Below, in pieces: positions 17,934 through 29,384 of a stretch of DNA of 36,161 bases. Under the pieces are notes generated by a model, which saw nothing but the letters and a program-made list of their open reading frames with translations, was not told the DNA's origin and did not search any database. A program made the position numbers and the translations under genes. Source of the stretch: Actinomycetes bacterium. Lineage in GTDB: Bacteria > Actinomycetota > Actinomycetes > Nanopelagicales > Nanopelagicaceae. The stretch covers positions 1 to 36,161 of the forward strand of contig JBAXNY010000001.1 of NCBI GenBank assembly GCA_037133535.1, written 5' to 3'. Within the stretch, counting starts at the first letter, position 1. Every line of letters starts with the position of its first letter.

Positions 17934-19342
17934 TAACCAACCGCGCCTTCCATTTGGAGTTCGATCAAGCGGTTTAATTCAAGTGCGTACTCCATCGGAA
18001 GTTCACGTGCAATTGGCTCAATAAAGCCACGCACGATCATTGCCATGGCTTCATCTTCCTTAAGGCCACGTGACATCAAGTAGAAGAGCTGATCATCGGA
18101 GACTTTAGAAACAGTCGCTTCGTGACCCATCGAAACATCATCTTCACGAACATCGACATAGGGATATGTGTCAGAGCGCGAGATTGTGTCGACCAAGAGC
18201 GCATCACACTTCACAGTGCTCTTCGAATGGTGGGCACCCTCTTGTACCTGGACTAATCCGCGATAAGAAGTGCGACCGCCATTGCGGGCAACTGATTTAG
18301 AGATGATGGTTGAGGATGTGTATGGCGCAGCATGCACCATCTTTGCGCCAGCATCTTGATGTTGACCTTCGCCTGCAAATGCAATCGAGAGAGTCTCACC
18401 TTTGGAATGTGGGCCCATGAGAAATACCGCTGGATATTTCATAGTGACCTTAGATCCGATGTTGCCATCGATCCATTCCATAGTGGCACCTTCAGCACAT
18501 GTTGCGCGCTTTGTCACCAAGTTATAAACGTTATTGGACCAGTTCTGAATTGTTGTGTAACGAACGCGGGCGCCCTTTTTCACAATAATCTCAACAACTG
18601 CTGAGTGAAGTGAATCGGATGAGTAGATCGGTGCTGTGCAGCCCTCGACATAGTGAATGTAGGAATCCTCATCAGCGATGATCAAAGTACGTTCAAATTG
18701 ACCCATGTTCTCTGTATTAATGCGGAAATAGGCCTGCAATGGAATATCCACATGTACGCCCTTTGGTACATAGATAAATGAACCACCGGACCAGACTGAA
18801 GTATTGAGTGCAGCGAATTTATTATCGCCAACTGGAATAACAGATCCGAAATACTCTTTGAATAACTCTGGGTGCTTCTTCAAGCCAGAATCGGTATCAA
18901 GGAAAATTACGCCCTGCTTCTCAAGGTCTTCGCGAATTGAGTGATACACAACTTCGGATTCGTACTGAGCTGCAACACCAGAGACTAAACGTTGCTTCTC
19001 AGCTTCTGGAATTCCGAGACGGTCGTAAGTATTTTTGATCTCTTCAGGCAGATCTTCCCAAGTAGCGGCTTGCTTCTCAGTAGAGCGCACAAAATATTTG
19101 ATGGTGTCAAAGAAAATACCAGTGAGATCTGAACCCCAAGTTGGCATTGGCTTCTTCTCAAAGAGGGAGAGGCCTTTGAGGCGCAGGTCGAGCATCCACT
19201 GTGGTTCATCTTTCTTGCTTGAAATATCGCGAACTACATCTTCGTTGAGACCGCGCTTGGAGTTGGCACCTGCATCATTCTTATCGGACCAACCGAATTC
19301 ATACTTTCCAATTCCATCTAATTCTGGATGCGCAATACTCAT
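17933..19342 (-). CDS. sufB: Fe-S cluster assembly scaffold SufB
   Basis: 469 aa. Highly conserved SufB sequence ([29 protein letters not shown]). Confidence 0.95.
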   Translation of the reverse strand: MSIAHPELDGIGKYEFGWSDKNDAGANSKRGLNEDVVRDISSKKDEPQWMLDLRLKGLSLFEKKPMPTWGSDLTGIFFDTIKYFVRSTEKQAATWEDLPEEIKNTYDRLGIPEAEKQRLVSGVAAQYESEVVYHSIREDLEKQGVIFLDTDSGLKKHPELFKEYFGSVIPVGDNKFAALNTSVWSGGSFIYVPKGVHVDIPLQAYFRINTENMGQFERTLIIADEDSYIHYVEGCTAPIYSSDSLHSAVVEIIVKKGARVRYTTIQNWSNNVYNLVTKRATCAEGATMEWIDGNIGSKVTMKYPAVFLMGPHSKGETLSIAFAGEGQHQDAGAKMVHAAPYTSSTIISKSVARNGGRTSYRGLVQVQEGAHHSKSTVKCDALLVDTISRSDTYPYVDVREDDVSMGHEATVSKVSDDQLFYLMSRGLKEDEAMAMIVRGFIEPIARELPMEYALELNRLIELQMEGAVG

Positions 19343-20037
19343 CGAGATTTTCCTCTCACTGGCTTTTGGGTGGACTTGTTTGCTGACTTGCTGGCGTTCT
19401 TCTTATTTGGTGAGGGAATAAACGTCGTGCAGACACCATCGCCATGAGCGATTGTTGCTAGTCGTTGCACATGTGTTCCGAGCAATTGTGAGAAGAGTTG
19501 GGTCTCTGCTTCACAAATTTCTGGGTACTCAGCGGCAACGTGTGCGATTGGGCAGTGATGTTGGCAAAGCTCAACGCCAACTGCCTTATCGCTCACGCTT
19601 GCGGCATAACCTTCAGTTGTAAGGAACTTAGCTAGCGAGCGCGAAGTTGCTGCTCCGCTGGTGCTACGGAATTTACGTTCGATGTCATCGGCGCGAGATT
19701 GTGCAAAGGCGTGAATTGAATCTGCACCAAAGCGAGCGCCCATAAATTTCAGCGCTGAAACTGCTAAGTCATCGTAGGAATGTTCAAATGTTTCACGACC
19801 GAGATCGCTCATGACGAAAACTTTTGATGGGCGCCCGCGTCCTACTACTGCGCCCACTCGCATCTCTCTGGCTTCAACAACGCCATCGGCTAAGAGCGCA
19901 TCGAGGTGGCGACGAATTCCCGCTGGCGTAATTCCGAGGCGCTCTCCCAATACGGAGGCGGTGGAAGGGCCATTCTCCAGAATGGAGCGCGCGACTAGCT
20001 CGCGGGTGCCATCTTGGGAGGGTGCGGTTATTTTCAC
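19339..20037 (-). CDS. sufR: SufR-type winged-helix transcriptional repressor of the suf operon
   Basis: 232 aa. N-terminal wHTH ([30 protein letters not shown]) and a C-x3-C-x12-C triad ([18 protein letters not shown]), the spacing I recall for the Fe-S ligands of mycobacterial SufR. GTG start; 4-nt overlap with sufB. Confidence 0.8.
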   Translation of the reverse strand: MKITAPSQDGTRELVARSILENGPSTASVLGERLGITPAGIRRHLDALLADGVVEAREMRVGAVVGRGRPSKVFVMSDLGRETFEHSYDDLAVSALKFMGARFGADSIHAFAQSRADDIERKFRSTSGAATSRSLAKFLTTEGYAASVSDKAVGVELCQHHCPIAHVAAEYPEICEAETQLFSQLLGTHVQRLATIAHGDGVCTTFIPSPNKKNASKSANKSTQKPVRGKSR

Positions 20038-20049
20038 AACGCTATTGTG
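20035..20049 (-). promoter_or_regulatory. inverted repeat CACAA-N5-TTGTG at the sufR start (candidate SufR operator)
   Basis: Plus strand reads cacaa-cgcta-ttgtg. The left arm contains the GTG start codon of sufR, in the divergent sufR/ctaA intergenic region. Confidence 0.3.
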
Positions 20050-20122
20050 TCGTAATTCGCCTCACTTCTCCACTCGGGGCGGCAGCGAGATCTATCACCT
20101 TTGAAGTCTTAGGGTTGGCGAC

Positions 20123-21010
20123 ATGATGAGATCGTGGCTGAGTCGAGTAAGTGGCCTCCTTCTCTTCCTGCAGAGCGCTCTGATCGTGACCGGCGGCGCA
20201 GTACGTCTTACTGGTTCTGGGCTTGGCTGTCCCACCTGGCCCGAATGCACCAAGGGTTCCTACGTCCCCGTCGCGCATCAAGTTGAGGGTCCGTTGCATG
20301 CATGGATTGAGTTTGGCAATCGCTTACTTACCTTTGCCTTAGTAATTACCGCAGTAGCAACGCTCATTATTGTTATTCGCAAGGCCCGTAAGGATCTGCG
20401 CCTACTAGCCATCGGCCAAGTTCTTGGAATCTTTGCGCAAGGTGTCTTAGGCGGTATTACCGTCTTAACAAAACTCAATCCAATTCCAGTGGCAGGACAC
20501 TTCTTACTCTCTATCGCCTTAGTTGCCGGAGCGGCTCGAATTTACGCACATCGCGGTGCGCCAGAAATTGCAGCCACTCCACCCAGTGGCATCATCAATT
20601 CATTTCGTAAAATCCACCTGCTACTTACTTTGCTCGTAATAATTCTTGGAACGATTGTTACTGGCAGTGGTCCTCATGCTGGAGATATTCAGGCACGCAG
20701 ATTTGGTTTTGATCCACGGTTGGTTTCCTGGATCCATGCCGACACTGTTATTGCCTTGCTTGGTCTGACTCTTGCTCTCTATGTGGCAACGCTGGAGAAC
20801 AAGGCGATCAACGGTGCGGTGAAACGATTTGGTGTTGTTGCCTTAGCTCAGGGAGCCATTGGCTATGTTCAATACTTCACTAAATTACCAATTCTCCTGG
20901 TTGGCGCGCACTTACTCGGCGCGACGCTGGTCTGGATCTATGCTTTTCGGATTCATCTGGCATTTACTAGTAGCACCGCTGAAATATCTCGCTCAGAACA
21001 GAAAGGGTAA
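20123..21010 (+). CDS. ctaA: heme A synthase (COX15/CtaA family)
   Basis: 295 aa polytopic membrane protein with the motif GGAVRLTGSGLGCPTWPEC and a conserved His-containing helix (GSGPHAGD). Confidence 0.88.
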   Translation: MMRSWLSRVSGLLLFLQSALIVTGGAVRLTGSGLGCPTWPECTKGSYVPVAHQVEGPLHAWIEFGNRLLTFALVITAVATLIIVIRKARKDLRLLAIGQVLGIFAQGVLGGITVLTKLNPIPVAGHFLLSIALVAGAARIYAHRGAPEIAATPPSGIINSFRKIHLLLTLLVIILGTIVTGSGPHAGDIQARRFGFDPRLVSWIHADTVIALLGLTLALYVATLENKAINGAVKRFGVVALAQGAIGYVQYFTKLPILLVGAHLLGATLVWIYAFRIHLAFTSSTAEISRSEQKG

Positions 21011-21018
21011 TTCAGACC

Positions 21019-23076
21019 ATGTCACTAATGGCCAAACAATCCGAGTGGAGCGCACTCGATGATCAGGTAGTTACTTACTCTCGAGCCTTAGCAATGGATG
21101 CAGTGGCAAAGGTAGGAAATGGCCATCCTGGAACTGCGATGTCACTCGCACCAGTTGCATACACACTCTTTCAACGCCACTTAGTTCATGATCCATCAGA
21201 TCCACAGTGGATTGGTCGCGATCGATTTATCCTCTCGTGCGGTCACTCATCACTGACTCTCTATACCCAACTCTTTCTCTCAGGTTACGGCGTAGAAATA
21301 AAAGATTTACAAGAGTTTCGTACCTGGGGCGCACTCACTCCGGGTCATCCTGAATATGGACACACTGCAGGAGTTGAAACAACGACTGGTCCCCTAGGTC
21401 AAGGTGTTGCCAATGGTGTTGGAATGGCAATGGCGGCGCGCTATGAACGCGGTTTGTTAGATCCTGAAGCTGGCGTCGGTAAGAGCATCTTCGATCACAC
21501 CATTTGGGTGATCTGCTCCGATGGCGACCTACAAGAAGGTGTCAGCGCTGAAGCTTCTTCACTTGCTGGTACCCAAGAGTTAGGTAATCTCAATCTTATT
21601 TACGATGACAATCGCATCTCCATCGAAGGTGATACCCATAATGCCTTTACCGAAGATGTATCTGCTCGCTATCGCTCTTATGGTTGGCATGTCATTGAAG
21701 TTGCCACACTTGCAGATGGAAATGTAGATCGCGCAGCACTTGATAAGGCAATGACTTTAGCAAAATCGCAGAACGATGCACCCACTTTGATCCGTCTGAA
21801 AACTGTAATTGCATGGCCAGCACCTAATGCACGTGGCACAGCTAAATCACATGGTTCGGCCCTAGGTGAGAAAGAAGTTGCAGAGACCAAGCAGGTCCTG
21901 GGACTCAATCCTGATGAACACTTTGCCATGCCTGCCGAACTTCTAGATCATGCCCGCCAAGTAAAGGCGCGCGGTGCAGCACTTCGCGCCGAATGGAACG
22001 TTGCCTTTACGGCATGGCAGAGCGCAAATCCAGATCGCGCAGATTTGCTCAAGCGTTTGCTCGCAAAAGAGCTACCTGCAAATTGGAAATCTAAGTTACC
22101 GATCTTCGACTCTGCTAAAGAGATTGCAACACGTAAAGCATCAGGTGATGTCATCAATGCCTTGGCCGAAATACTTCCTGAGTTCTGGGGTGGTTCTGCC
22201 GATTTAGCCGAGAGCAATAACACCACTATCGAACATGGTGGATCATTCCTTCCCGCATCCAGTGCTATCGCAAATGCCAACCCATACGGACGGATCATGC
22301 ACTTTGGAATTCGCGAGCACGCAATGGGTGCAATTCTCAATGGCATCGCACTCCACGGACTTACCAAATCATTTGGTGGCACCTTCTTAGTATTTAGCGA
22401 TTACATGCGCCCATCGGTTCGGTTGGCCGCCCTGATGCAATTGCCAGTAACTTATGTATGGACACATGACTCAATTGGTTTGGGTGAGGATGGACCAACT
22501 CATCAACCGATCGAACACTTCGCCGCACTACGCGCCATTCCAGGACTTGATGTCATTCGCCCGGCCGATGCTAATGAAGTCGCCGTTGCATGGCGCGAAA
22601 TTATTGCCCGACAAGCACCTTCTGCAATTCTGCTGTCCCGCCAGAATCTGCCAGTTCTTGATCGCTCAACTTATGCCTCAGCTGAAGGCGTCACTCGTGG
22701 TGCTTACATCTTGCAGAAGAGCAGTTCTGCAGCGAAAGTTGTTCTGATCGCAACTGGCTCAGAAGTTCCACTTGCACTTGCAGCTGCGAAAACTTTAGAG
22801 AGTGAAGGAGTTGCCACTCAAGTAGTGAGCGCACCATGTCTTGAATGGTTTGAGCTACAAGATGAGAAATATCGAAATGAAGTTCTCCCCCAGAATTGCT
22901 TGAAGGTGAGCGTTGAGGCAGGCATTGCTCAAGGTTGGCATCGTTGGATTGGTAGTGATGGCCTCACCATTTCACTCGAGCACTTCGGTGCATCTGCAAG
23001 CGCAGGAACCCTCTTCCAGAATTTTGGGTTTAGTGAGAAGAACATCTGCGAAAAAGTAAGAGATCGATTGAAATGA
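21019..23076 (+). CDS. tkt: transketolase
   Basis: 685 aa with the ThDP motifs GHPGTAMS, GDGDLQEG-type (CSDGDLQEGV) and GEDGPTHQPIE. Confidence 0.96.
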   Translation: MSLMAKQSEWSALDDQVVTYSRALAMDAVAKVGNGHPGTAMSLAPVAYTLFQRHLVHDPSDPQWIGRDRFILSCGHSSLTLYTQLFLSGYGVEIKDLQEFRTWGALTPGHPEYGHTAGVETTTGPLGQGVANGVGMAMAARYERGLLDPEAGVGKSIFDHTIWVICSDGDLQEGVSAEASSLAGTQELGNLNLIYDDNRISIEGDTHNAFTEDVSARYRSYGWHVIEVATLADGNVDRAALDKAMTLAKSQNDAPTLIRLKTVIAWPAPNARGTAKSHGSALGEKEVAETKQVLGLNPDEHFAMPAELLDHARQVKARGAALRAEWNVAFTAWQSANPDRADLLKRLLAKELPANWKSKLPIFDSAKEIATRKASGDVINALAEILPEFWGGSADLAESNNTTIEHGGSFLPASSAIANANPYGRIMHFGIREHAMGAILNGIALHGLTKSFGGTFLVFSDYMRPSVRLAALMQLPVTYVWTHDSIGLGEDGPTHQPIEHFAALRAIPGLDVIRPADANEVAVAWREIIARQAPSAILLSRQNLPVLDRSTYASAEGVTRGAYILQKSSSAAKVVLIATGSEVPLALAAAKTLESEGVATQVVSAPCLEWFELQDEKYRNEVLPQNCLKVSVEAGIAQGWHRWIGSDGLTISLEHFGASASAGTLFQNFGFSEKNICEKVRDRLK

Positions 23077-24170
23077 TTCTTTCGCAGATTGCTGGTGCAG
23101 GTACCTCGATCTGGCTCGATGATCTCTCGCGCGCTTCTCTCACTGGAAACTCGGCGCAATCTCTTGCAAAACGTATTGCTGAATCTGGAGTTGTTGGTGT
23201 CACGACAAATCCGGCGATCTTTCATGCCGCAATCACGGGAAGTGGCGATTACAAAGAGGCGATCTCCCAAATGCGCGGTGCCGGCGTTGATGAAGTAGTC
23301 CGCACTCTTACGACCGATGATGTGCGCAATGCCTGCGATCTTTTCTCGCCGATCTTTCACTCCAGCAATGGTGTCGATGGTCGAGTAAGTATTGAGGTCG
23401 ATCACCGCCTGGCCAACAACACCAATGGCACTGTCACCGATGGTCTTAAGTTATGGAAATTGGTAGATCGCCCCAATCTCATGATTAAAGTTCCGGCAAC
23501 AGATGCAGGACTTCCGGCGATCTCTGAATTAATTGCGGCAGGAATTAGTGTCAATGTCACTTTAATCTTCTCTCGCAAACGCTATGCCGAAGTCATTGCA
23601 GCCTTTATGACTGGCCTTGAAATGCGAAAGGCGATGTCGGCTGATCTGTCAAAGATTCACTCTGTTGCAAGTTTCTTTGTCAGCCGCATCGATAGCTCAA
23701 TCGATGCGCGACTGAAAGAGATTGCTACACCGGCCGCAAGCGCGCTGCTAGGAAAGGCTGCGATTGCTAATGCGCAACTTGCCTATCAACTCTATGAAAA
23801 TACGCAATTGTCACCGCGTTGGCGGGCGCTCTCTGAGGCTGGAGCCAACATGCAACGGCCACTGTGGGCATCAACTGGTGTCAAAGATCCTGCTTACAGC
23901 GATACTCGCTATGTCATTGAATTAATTGCCAAGAATGTAGTAAATACCATGCCGCCGAAAACCCTAGATGCCGTTATTGATCATGGAAAATTTATGGGCG
24001 ACACAATTACCCCCAATTACCAAAGCGCAAAGGCAACCCTTCAAGCACTTGCTGAAATTGGCATCTCACTCGATGAGGTCACTGACCTGCTAGAAGATGA
24101 TGGCATCAATAAATTTATTGGCAGCTGGCTTGCTCTTCTTGATGATGTCGAAAAAGTTCTCGCTCAATGA
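23073..24170 (+). CDS. tal: transaldolase (long actinobacterial type)
   Basis: 365 aa with SIWLDDLSR, the VTTNPAI motif and the active-site region LMIKVPAT. ATGA overlap with tkt. Confidence 0.94.
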   Translation: MILSQIAGAGTSIWLDDLSRASLTGNSAQSLAKRIAESGVVGVTTNPAIFHAAITGSGDYKEAISQMRGAGVDEVVRTLTTDDVRNACDLFSPIFHSSNGVDGRVSIEVDHRLANNTNGTVTDGLKLWKLVDRPNLMIKVPATDAGLPAISELIAAGISVNVTLIFSRKRYAEVIAAFMTGLEMRKAMSADLSKIHSVASFFVSRIDSSIDARLKEIATPAASALLGKAAIANAQLAYQLYENTQLSPRWRALSEAGANMQRPLWASTGVKDPAYSDTRYVIELIAKNVVNTMPPKTLDAVIDHGKFMGDTITPNYQSAKATLQALAEIGISLDEVTDLLEDDGINKFIGSWLALLDDVEKVLAQ

Positions 24171-25666
24171 TTGAATTAAGTGGCCCTTTAAGTCATTCGA
24201 TTGATCGCACAACTTCGCAATTCGCGCAATTGCGCACCATTCGCGATCGAATTGCTCAACTAGATCCGTTGGTATTTGGCAGTAATACCGAAGCACCAAA
24301 TCGCTTGGGTTGGGTCAATGCACCTAGTAATTCACGTACTCACCTAAAAGAGATCGCAGCCCTCGTTTCACAATTTGCCGGTAAATCACAGGTGATCCTC
24401 TCCGGTATGGGTGGTTCATCCCTTGCCCCAGAGGTAATTGCCGCGACATTTAAGAAGAAACTATTTGTGCTCGATTCCACCGATCCTGATTACATCGCAC
24501 GCGCACTCACAATTGCATTACAAGAATCCGTAATTGTCATTGGCTCAAAGTCTGGCTCCACTATTGAAACCGCATCTCATAAAGCTCTCCTCACCGCGCA
24601 ATTGCAGGCAGCTGGATTGAACCCAGCAGATCACATTGTCATTGTTACCGATCCAGGTTCTCCGCTTGATACGAGTGCACGTAGTGAAGGGCTCTCCGTA
24701 ATTAATGCCGATCCCACAATTGGCGGACGCTTCAGTGCATTGAGTGCCTTTGGTCTAGTACCAGCCGCACTTCTTGGTATCGACATTGAATCGCTCTTGA
24801 AGGATGCAGCTGCAGCAGATGTGCAAATTCGCAGCACCGATGTTGCAGTTGACCTTGCTTACCTATTACTTACTCAAACCAAGGAATATTTTGCCCTTGT
24901 TGACTCCGTCACTGCGCCAGGGCTGCCGGATTGGATAGAACAATTAGTTGCCGAATCCACTGGTAAGTCAGGTATTGGTCGCTTGCCCGTTGTTGTAGAT
25001 AAGTCAGGAACTTTAGCTGCGCAATATTTAGAGATCGGTTTCTCATCTGCTTCGCCCCTGAACATTGCAGCTGATTTACCAAGCCAATTTCTACTCTGGG
25101 AGTGGGCAACTGCGATTCTCGGCGCCGCACTCAAGATCGATCCATTCAATCAACCCAATGTCACTGAAGCAAAAGCCCAAACATCTGCCCTATTGAGCTC
25201 CTGGAGCGGCGCGCTTCCCCACTTTCTACCAGATGAAATTAGTGGAGTTGTCGAACGTTTTGGATTAAGTCTGGAAGCACTCATTGCCGCTATTCCGTCC
25301 GATGGATATTTAGCGATCATGGCTTATGTCGATCGCATTGGTCAGAGTGAACTTATTGAGTTACGAGCGTTATTTGAAGCTCGCATTTCTAAGCCAGTAA
25401 CTTTTGGTTGGGGCCCGCGCTTTCTCCACTCCACTGGCCAATTCCATAAAGGTGGACCAGCCCATGGTGGCTTCCTGCAGATCACTGGCGCAGCAGATAC
25501 AGAGCTTGCGATACCTGGCGTTAATTACTCATTTGAAACGTTAGAGATGGCTCAGGCCCTCGGTGATAATAAAGCTCTCACCGAACGGAAATTACCTGTA
25601 ACGAGATTGCACCTGCGCACGCGCAAGAATTACTACCAAGAAATTACACACTTCTTAAAGCAGTAA
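24167..25666 (+). CDS. pgi: glucose-6-phosphate isomerase (short SIS-type)
   Basis: 499 aa with PGI/SIS motifs GMGGSSLAPEV, GSKSGSTIET and GGRFSALSAFGLVPAALLGID. ATGA overlap with tal. Confidence 0.85.
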   Translation: MIELSGPLSHSIDRTTSQFAQLRTIRDRIAQLDPLVFGSNTEAPNRLGWVNAPSNSRTHLKEIAALVSQFAGKSQVILSGMGGSSLAPEVIAATFKKKLFVLDSTDPDYIARALTIALQESVIVIGSKSGSTIETASHKALLTAQLQAAGLNPADHIVIVTDPGSPLDTSARSEGLSVINADPTIGGRFSALSAFGLVPAALLGIDIESLLKDAAAADVQIRSTDVAVDLAYLLLTQTKEYFALVDSVTAPGLPDWIEQLVAESTGKSGIGRLPVVVDKSGTLAAQYLEIGFSSASPLNIAADLPSQFLLWEWATAILGAALKIDPFNQPNVTEAKAQTSALLSSWSGALPHFLPDEISGVVERFGLSLEALIAAIPSDGYLAIMAYVDRIGQSELIELRALFEARISKPVTFGWGPRFLHSTGQFHKGGPAHGGFLQITGAADTELAIPGVNYSFETLEMAQALGDNKALTERKLPVTRLHLRTRKNYYQEITHFLKQ

Positions 25667-26011
25667 TTACTCGTCATCTCCACGTAGTTTGCGGAGCGAC
25701 TCTTCCAGAATCTTTTTGCCTTCGGCCTCACTGCGACGCTCCTTTACATAAGCCAAGTGAGTCTTGTAAGGAACATTTACCTCAGGGCTAGGTGGATTGT
25801 TCTTATCGCGACCTGCTGGAAAACCACAGCGAGGGCAATCCCATTGATCAGGAATAACAACGGTTCCATCTTCGGCAAAGGATGGCTTTGTCTCGTGATT
25901 ATTGGAGCACCAATAGGAGACTTGGAAACGACCAATCGATTCGCCACGTTCTGCTTCACCCATTGGGCCAGCACCGACGCGACTACCGCGGATTGCACTT
26001 CCACCTGCCAT
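25667..26011 (-). CDS. rbpA: RNA polymerase-binding protein RbpA
   Basis: 114 aa. Shows IRGSRVGAGPMGEAERGE, a Cys/His cluster (C-x3-H ... CPRC) and a C-terminal basic linker/sigma-interaction helix (YKTHLAYVKERRSEAEGKKILEE). AAGGAG lies 5 nt before the ATG. Confidence 0.88.
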   Translation of the reverse strand: MAGGSAIRGSRVGAGPMGEAERGESIGRFQVSYWCSNNHETKPSFAEDGTVVIPDQWDCPRCGFPAGRDKNNPPSPEVNVPYKTHLAYVKERRSEAEGKKILEESLRKLRGDDE

Positions 26012-26048
26012 TTTTACTCCTTAAGAAAGGTAAGTTAAAAAATAGGAA

Positions 26049-26276
26049 TTACTTCAGAACCAAACTCAGAGCGACAACGCCAGCAAACCAGAGTCCGCCA
26101 ACCACGATTGTGATGCGATCAAGATTCTTCTCAACAACTGATGAGCCACCGTAATTGGAGCTGATGCCGCCACCGAATAGATCGGAGAGGCCGCTTCCCT
26201 TGCCCTTGTGAAGGAGCACCAAGAGGATCATCAGAACACTGGTGATCACCAGGAGAATTGATAGTGCTAACTTCAT
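26049..26276 (-). CDS. secG: preprotein translocase subunit SecG
   Basis: Two-TM protein of about 75 aa with the characteristic LLHKGKGSGLSDLFGGG loop. I prefer ATG 26276, which has an AAGGTGA Shine-Dalgarno-like sequence 5 nt upstream (26289..26283). The ORF track starts 3 codons earlier at GTG 26285, which is part of that element. Confidence 0.88.
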   Translation of the reverse strand: MKLALSILLVITSVLMILLVLLHKGKGSGLSDLFGGGISSNYGGSSVVEKNLDRITIVVGGLWFAGVVALSLVLK

Positions 26277-26346
26277 TTCTATCACCTTTCGACATCTGCC
26301 GAATTCTCGGCCACCGGATAAGGATACTTAAGAAGGCAGGTACTTA

Positions 26347-27120
26347 CTAATTCTGAGCGTAGAACTTGGCGATTCGCGCGAACTCTTCAGGGTCCAAACT
26401 CGCTCCGCCGACCAATGCTCCATCGATATCTTCTTCTTTCATGATCTCGACAATATTGATTGCCTTTACCGATCCACCGTAAAGAATTCGACAATTCTCG
26501 GCAATCTCGGCGCTGCCAATCTTTACTAACTCTTGGCGAATTGCAGCGCATACTTCTTGGGCATCTTGCGGTGTTGCGGTGCGCCCAGTTCCGATCGCCC
26601 ATACAGGTTCGTAGGCGATAACAATCTTCTTTAAATCTGGCTTATGGATTCCAGCCAGAGATTCCCGAAGCTGAGTGAGAACATGGTTGACGTGTCCGCC
26701 ACTTTCACGAATCGCGAGCTCTTCCCCAATACAGATGATAGGAACCATCTCATGATCTAGTACGGCGCGGGCCTTGCGATTTACCAACGCGCTACTTTCG
26801 CTATGAATCGTGCGACGCTCGGAGTGACCCACGATCACAAAGCTGCAACCAAGCTTTGCCAACATCGATGCTGAAATATCGCCGGTAAAGGCACCGGGCT
26901 TCTCCGGTGAAACATCCTGTGCGCCATAGGCCAGGCGCAATTTGTCACCATCGACCATTGTCTGCACTGAACGAATATCAACAAAAGGTGGAATGACCGC
27001 AACATCGACTGCGTCATAATCTTTATCGGTAAGGCCGTATGAAAGTTTCTGGGTCACAGCAATCGCTTCGAGATGAGTGAGATTCATCTTCCAGTTCCCG
27101 GCCATTAATGGCTTACGCAT
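26347..27120 (-). CDS. tpiA: triose-phosphate isomerase
   Basis: 257 aa with [26 protein letters not shown] and YGGSV motifs. Confidence 0.96.
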   Translation of the reverse strand: MRKPLMAGNWKMNLTHLEAIAVTQKLSYGLTDKDYDAVDVAVIPPFVDIRSVQTMVDGDKLRLAYGAQDVSPEKPGAFTGDISASMLAKLGCSFVIVGHSERRTIHSESSALVNRKARAVLDHEMVPIICIGEELAIRESGGHVNHVLTQLRESLAGIHKPDLKKIVIAYEPVWAIGTGRTATPQDAQEVCAAIRQELVKIGSAEIAENCRILYGGSVKAINIVEIMKEEDIDGALVGGASLDPEEFARIAKFYAQN

Positions 27121-27133
27121 AAATCATCACCCC

Positions 27134-28296
27134 TTACTTAATATCCAACGCGGTTAATCCTGGTAACTCTTTGCCCTCTAAGTACTCCAGGGATGCGCCA
27201 CCACCGGTTGAAATGTACCCAAAATCTTCGCTATTAAAGCCAAGGGCGCGAACTGCCGCAGCAGAATCTCCCCCACCTACGACGGAAATGCCGGCAACTT
27301 GAGTGAGTGCTTGCGCAACAACGCGGGTTCCTTCTGCAAATCGCGGAAATTCAAAGACACCCATTGGGCCATTCCAAAAAACCGTATGACAGCTTTCGAT
27401 CGCAGCAGCAAATTTCGCTGCACTCTCTGGGCCAATATCTAACCCAATTTTCTCAACTGGAATCTGATCTGCCGCAACTACCTTGGCAGGTGAATCAGCG
27501 GCAAATGCATCGGCAATCAGAATGTCAGTAGGAAGAAGTAACTCCACGCCTAAATTCTTGGCTTTGGCGATCAATTCTTTTACGGTATCGATCATTTCGA
27601 CTTCAAGTAGAGATTTTCCCACTTCATGTCCTAGGGCAGCTAAAAAGGTAAAAACCATTCCACCACCAATTGCCATGACATCAACTTTGTCGAGCAAATT
27701 TGAGATGACTGCCAATTTATCTGAAACTTTTGAGCCACCTAAAAGAACGCCATACGGTTTTGCTGGGTTCTGCGTTAGCTTACGTAAGACTTCAACTTCG
27801 GCTGAAACAAGTAAGCCAGGTGCGTGTGGCAGTAATTCTGGCAGATCAAAGACTGAGGCATGCTTGCGATGTACTGCACCAAATCCATCTCCCACATAGT
27901 TATCGACACCTTGCGCTAACTCTTGGGCAAAGCCCTTTCGCTCCCCCGCATCCTTGCTTGTCTCTGCGTTGTTAAAACGCAAATTCTCAAGGAGATGTAC
28001 CTCGCCGGCAGAAATCGCTCTAGTAAGTGGGCCGAATGTGACAGTTCGACCCAATAATTCATTCAACCGCTGAGCAATCGGTGCCAGTGATACCTCCGCG
28101 CTTGCAACACCTTTAGGTCGACCTAAGTGCGCTCCGATAACAATTCCAGCCCCACCTTGCAGCAGAAAATTTATAGTGGGAAGTGATGCTCGAATTCGTC
28201 CATCATCGGTAATCTCACCGTTCTTGATAGGAACATTGAGATCACAGCGAAGAAAGGTTCGCTTTCCAGAGATAGGAAGCGATGCCAAATCTGACA

Positions 28297-28297
<1 letters not shown>
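27134..28297 (-). CDS. pgk: phosphoglycerate kinase
   Basis: The sequence from MSDLASLPISGKRTFLRCDLNVP onward is the canonical PGK N-terminus. ATG 28297..28295 overlaps the gap stop by 1 nt (TAATG). The 19-codon extension in the ORF track lies inside gap and is not PGK-like. Confidence 0.93.
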
Positions 28298-29304
<1,007 letters not shown>

Positions 29305-29324
29305 CTACCTATAAAGAATTTTTC

Positions 29325-29336
29325 GTCAACGTTGAC
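29325..29336. promoter_or_regulatory. perfect 12-bp palindrome GTCAACGTTGAC upstream of gap (candidate LacI-family/cre-like operator)
   Basis: Read directly from the sequence. It lies 30-41 nt upstream of the gap ATG, in the 89-nt whiA-gap spacer. The minus-strand 14-mer TGTCAACGTTGACG fits TGWNANCGNTNWCA at 13 of 14 positions. Confidence 0.35.
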
Positions 29337-29384
29337 ATGATTGCCACGCCGTTGGGACTGCTCCAATCTTATCGGAGCACTCTC

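Noticed and set aside
26286-26346. Hairpin GCCGA-GAAT-TCGGC between tpiA and secG as an internal terminator, and the T-run after the secG stop (about 26036..26046) as a terminator tail
   Set aside because: The 5-bp stem has no following U-tract, and the T-run has no preceding stable stem that I could find. Both are weak.
29331-29337. TTGACA within the gap-upstream palindrome as a -35 box (plus strand), or TTGACG as a -35 for gap (minus strand)
   Set aside because: No plus-strand gene lies downstream. On the gap strand the only hexamer at 16-nt spacing is TAGGAC, which lacks the conserved final T and overlaps the AGGA ribosome-binding site. The promoter assignment is therefore not supportable.
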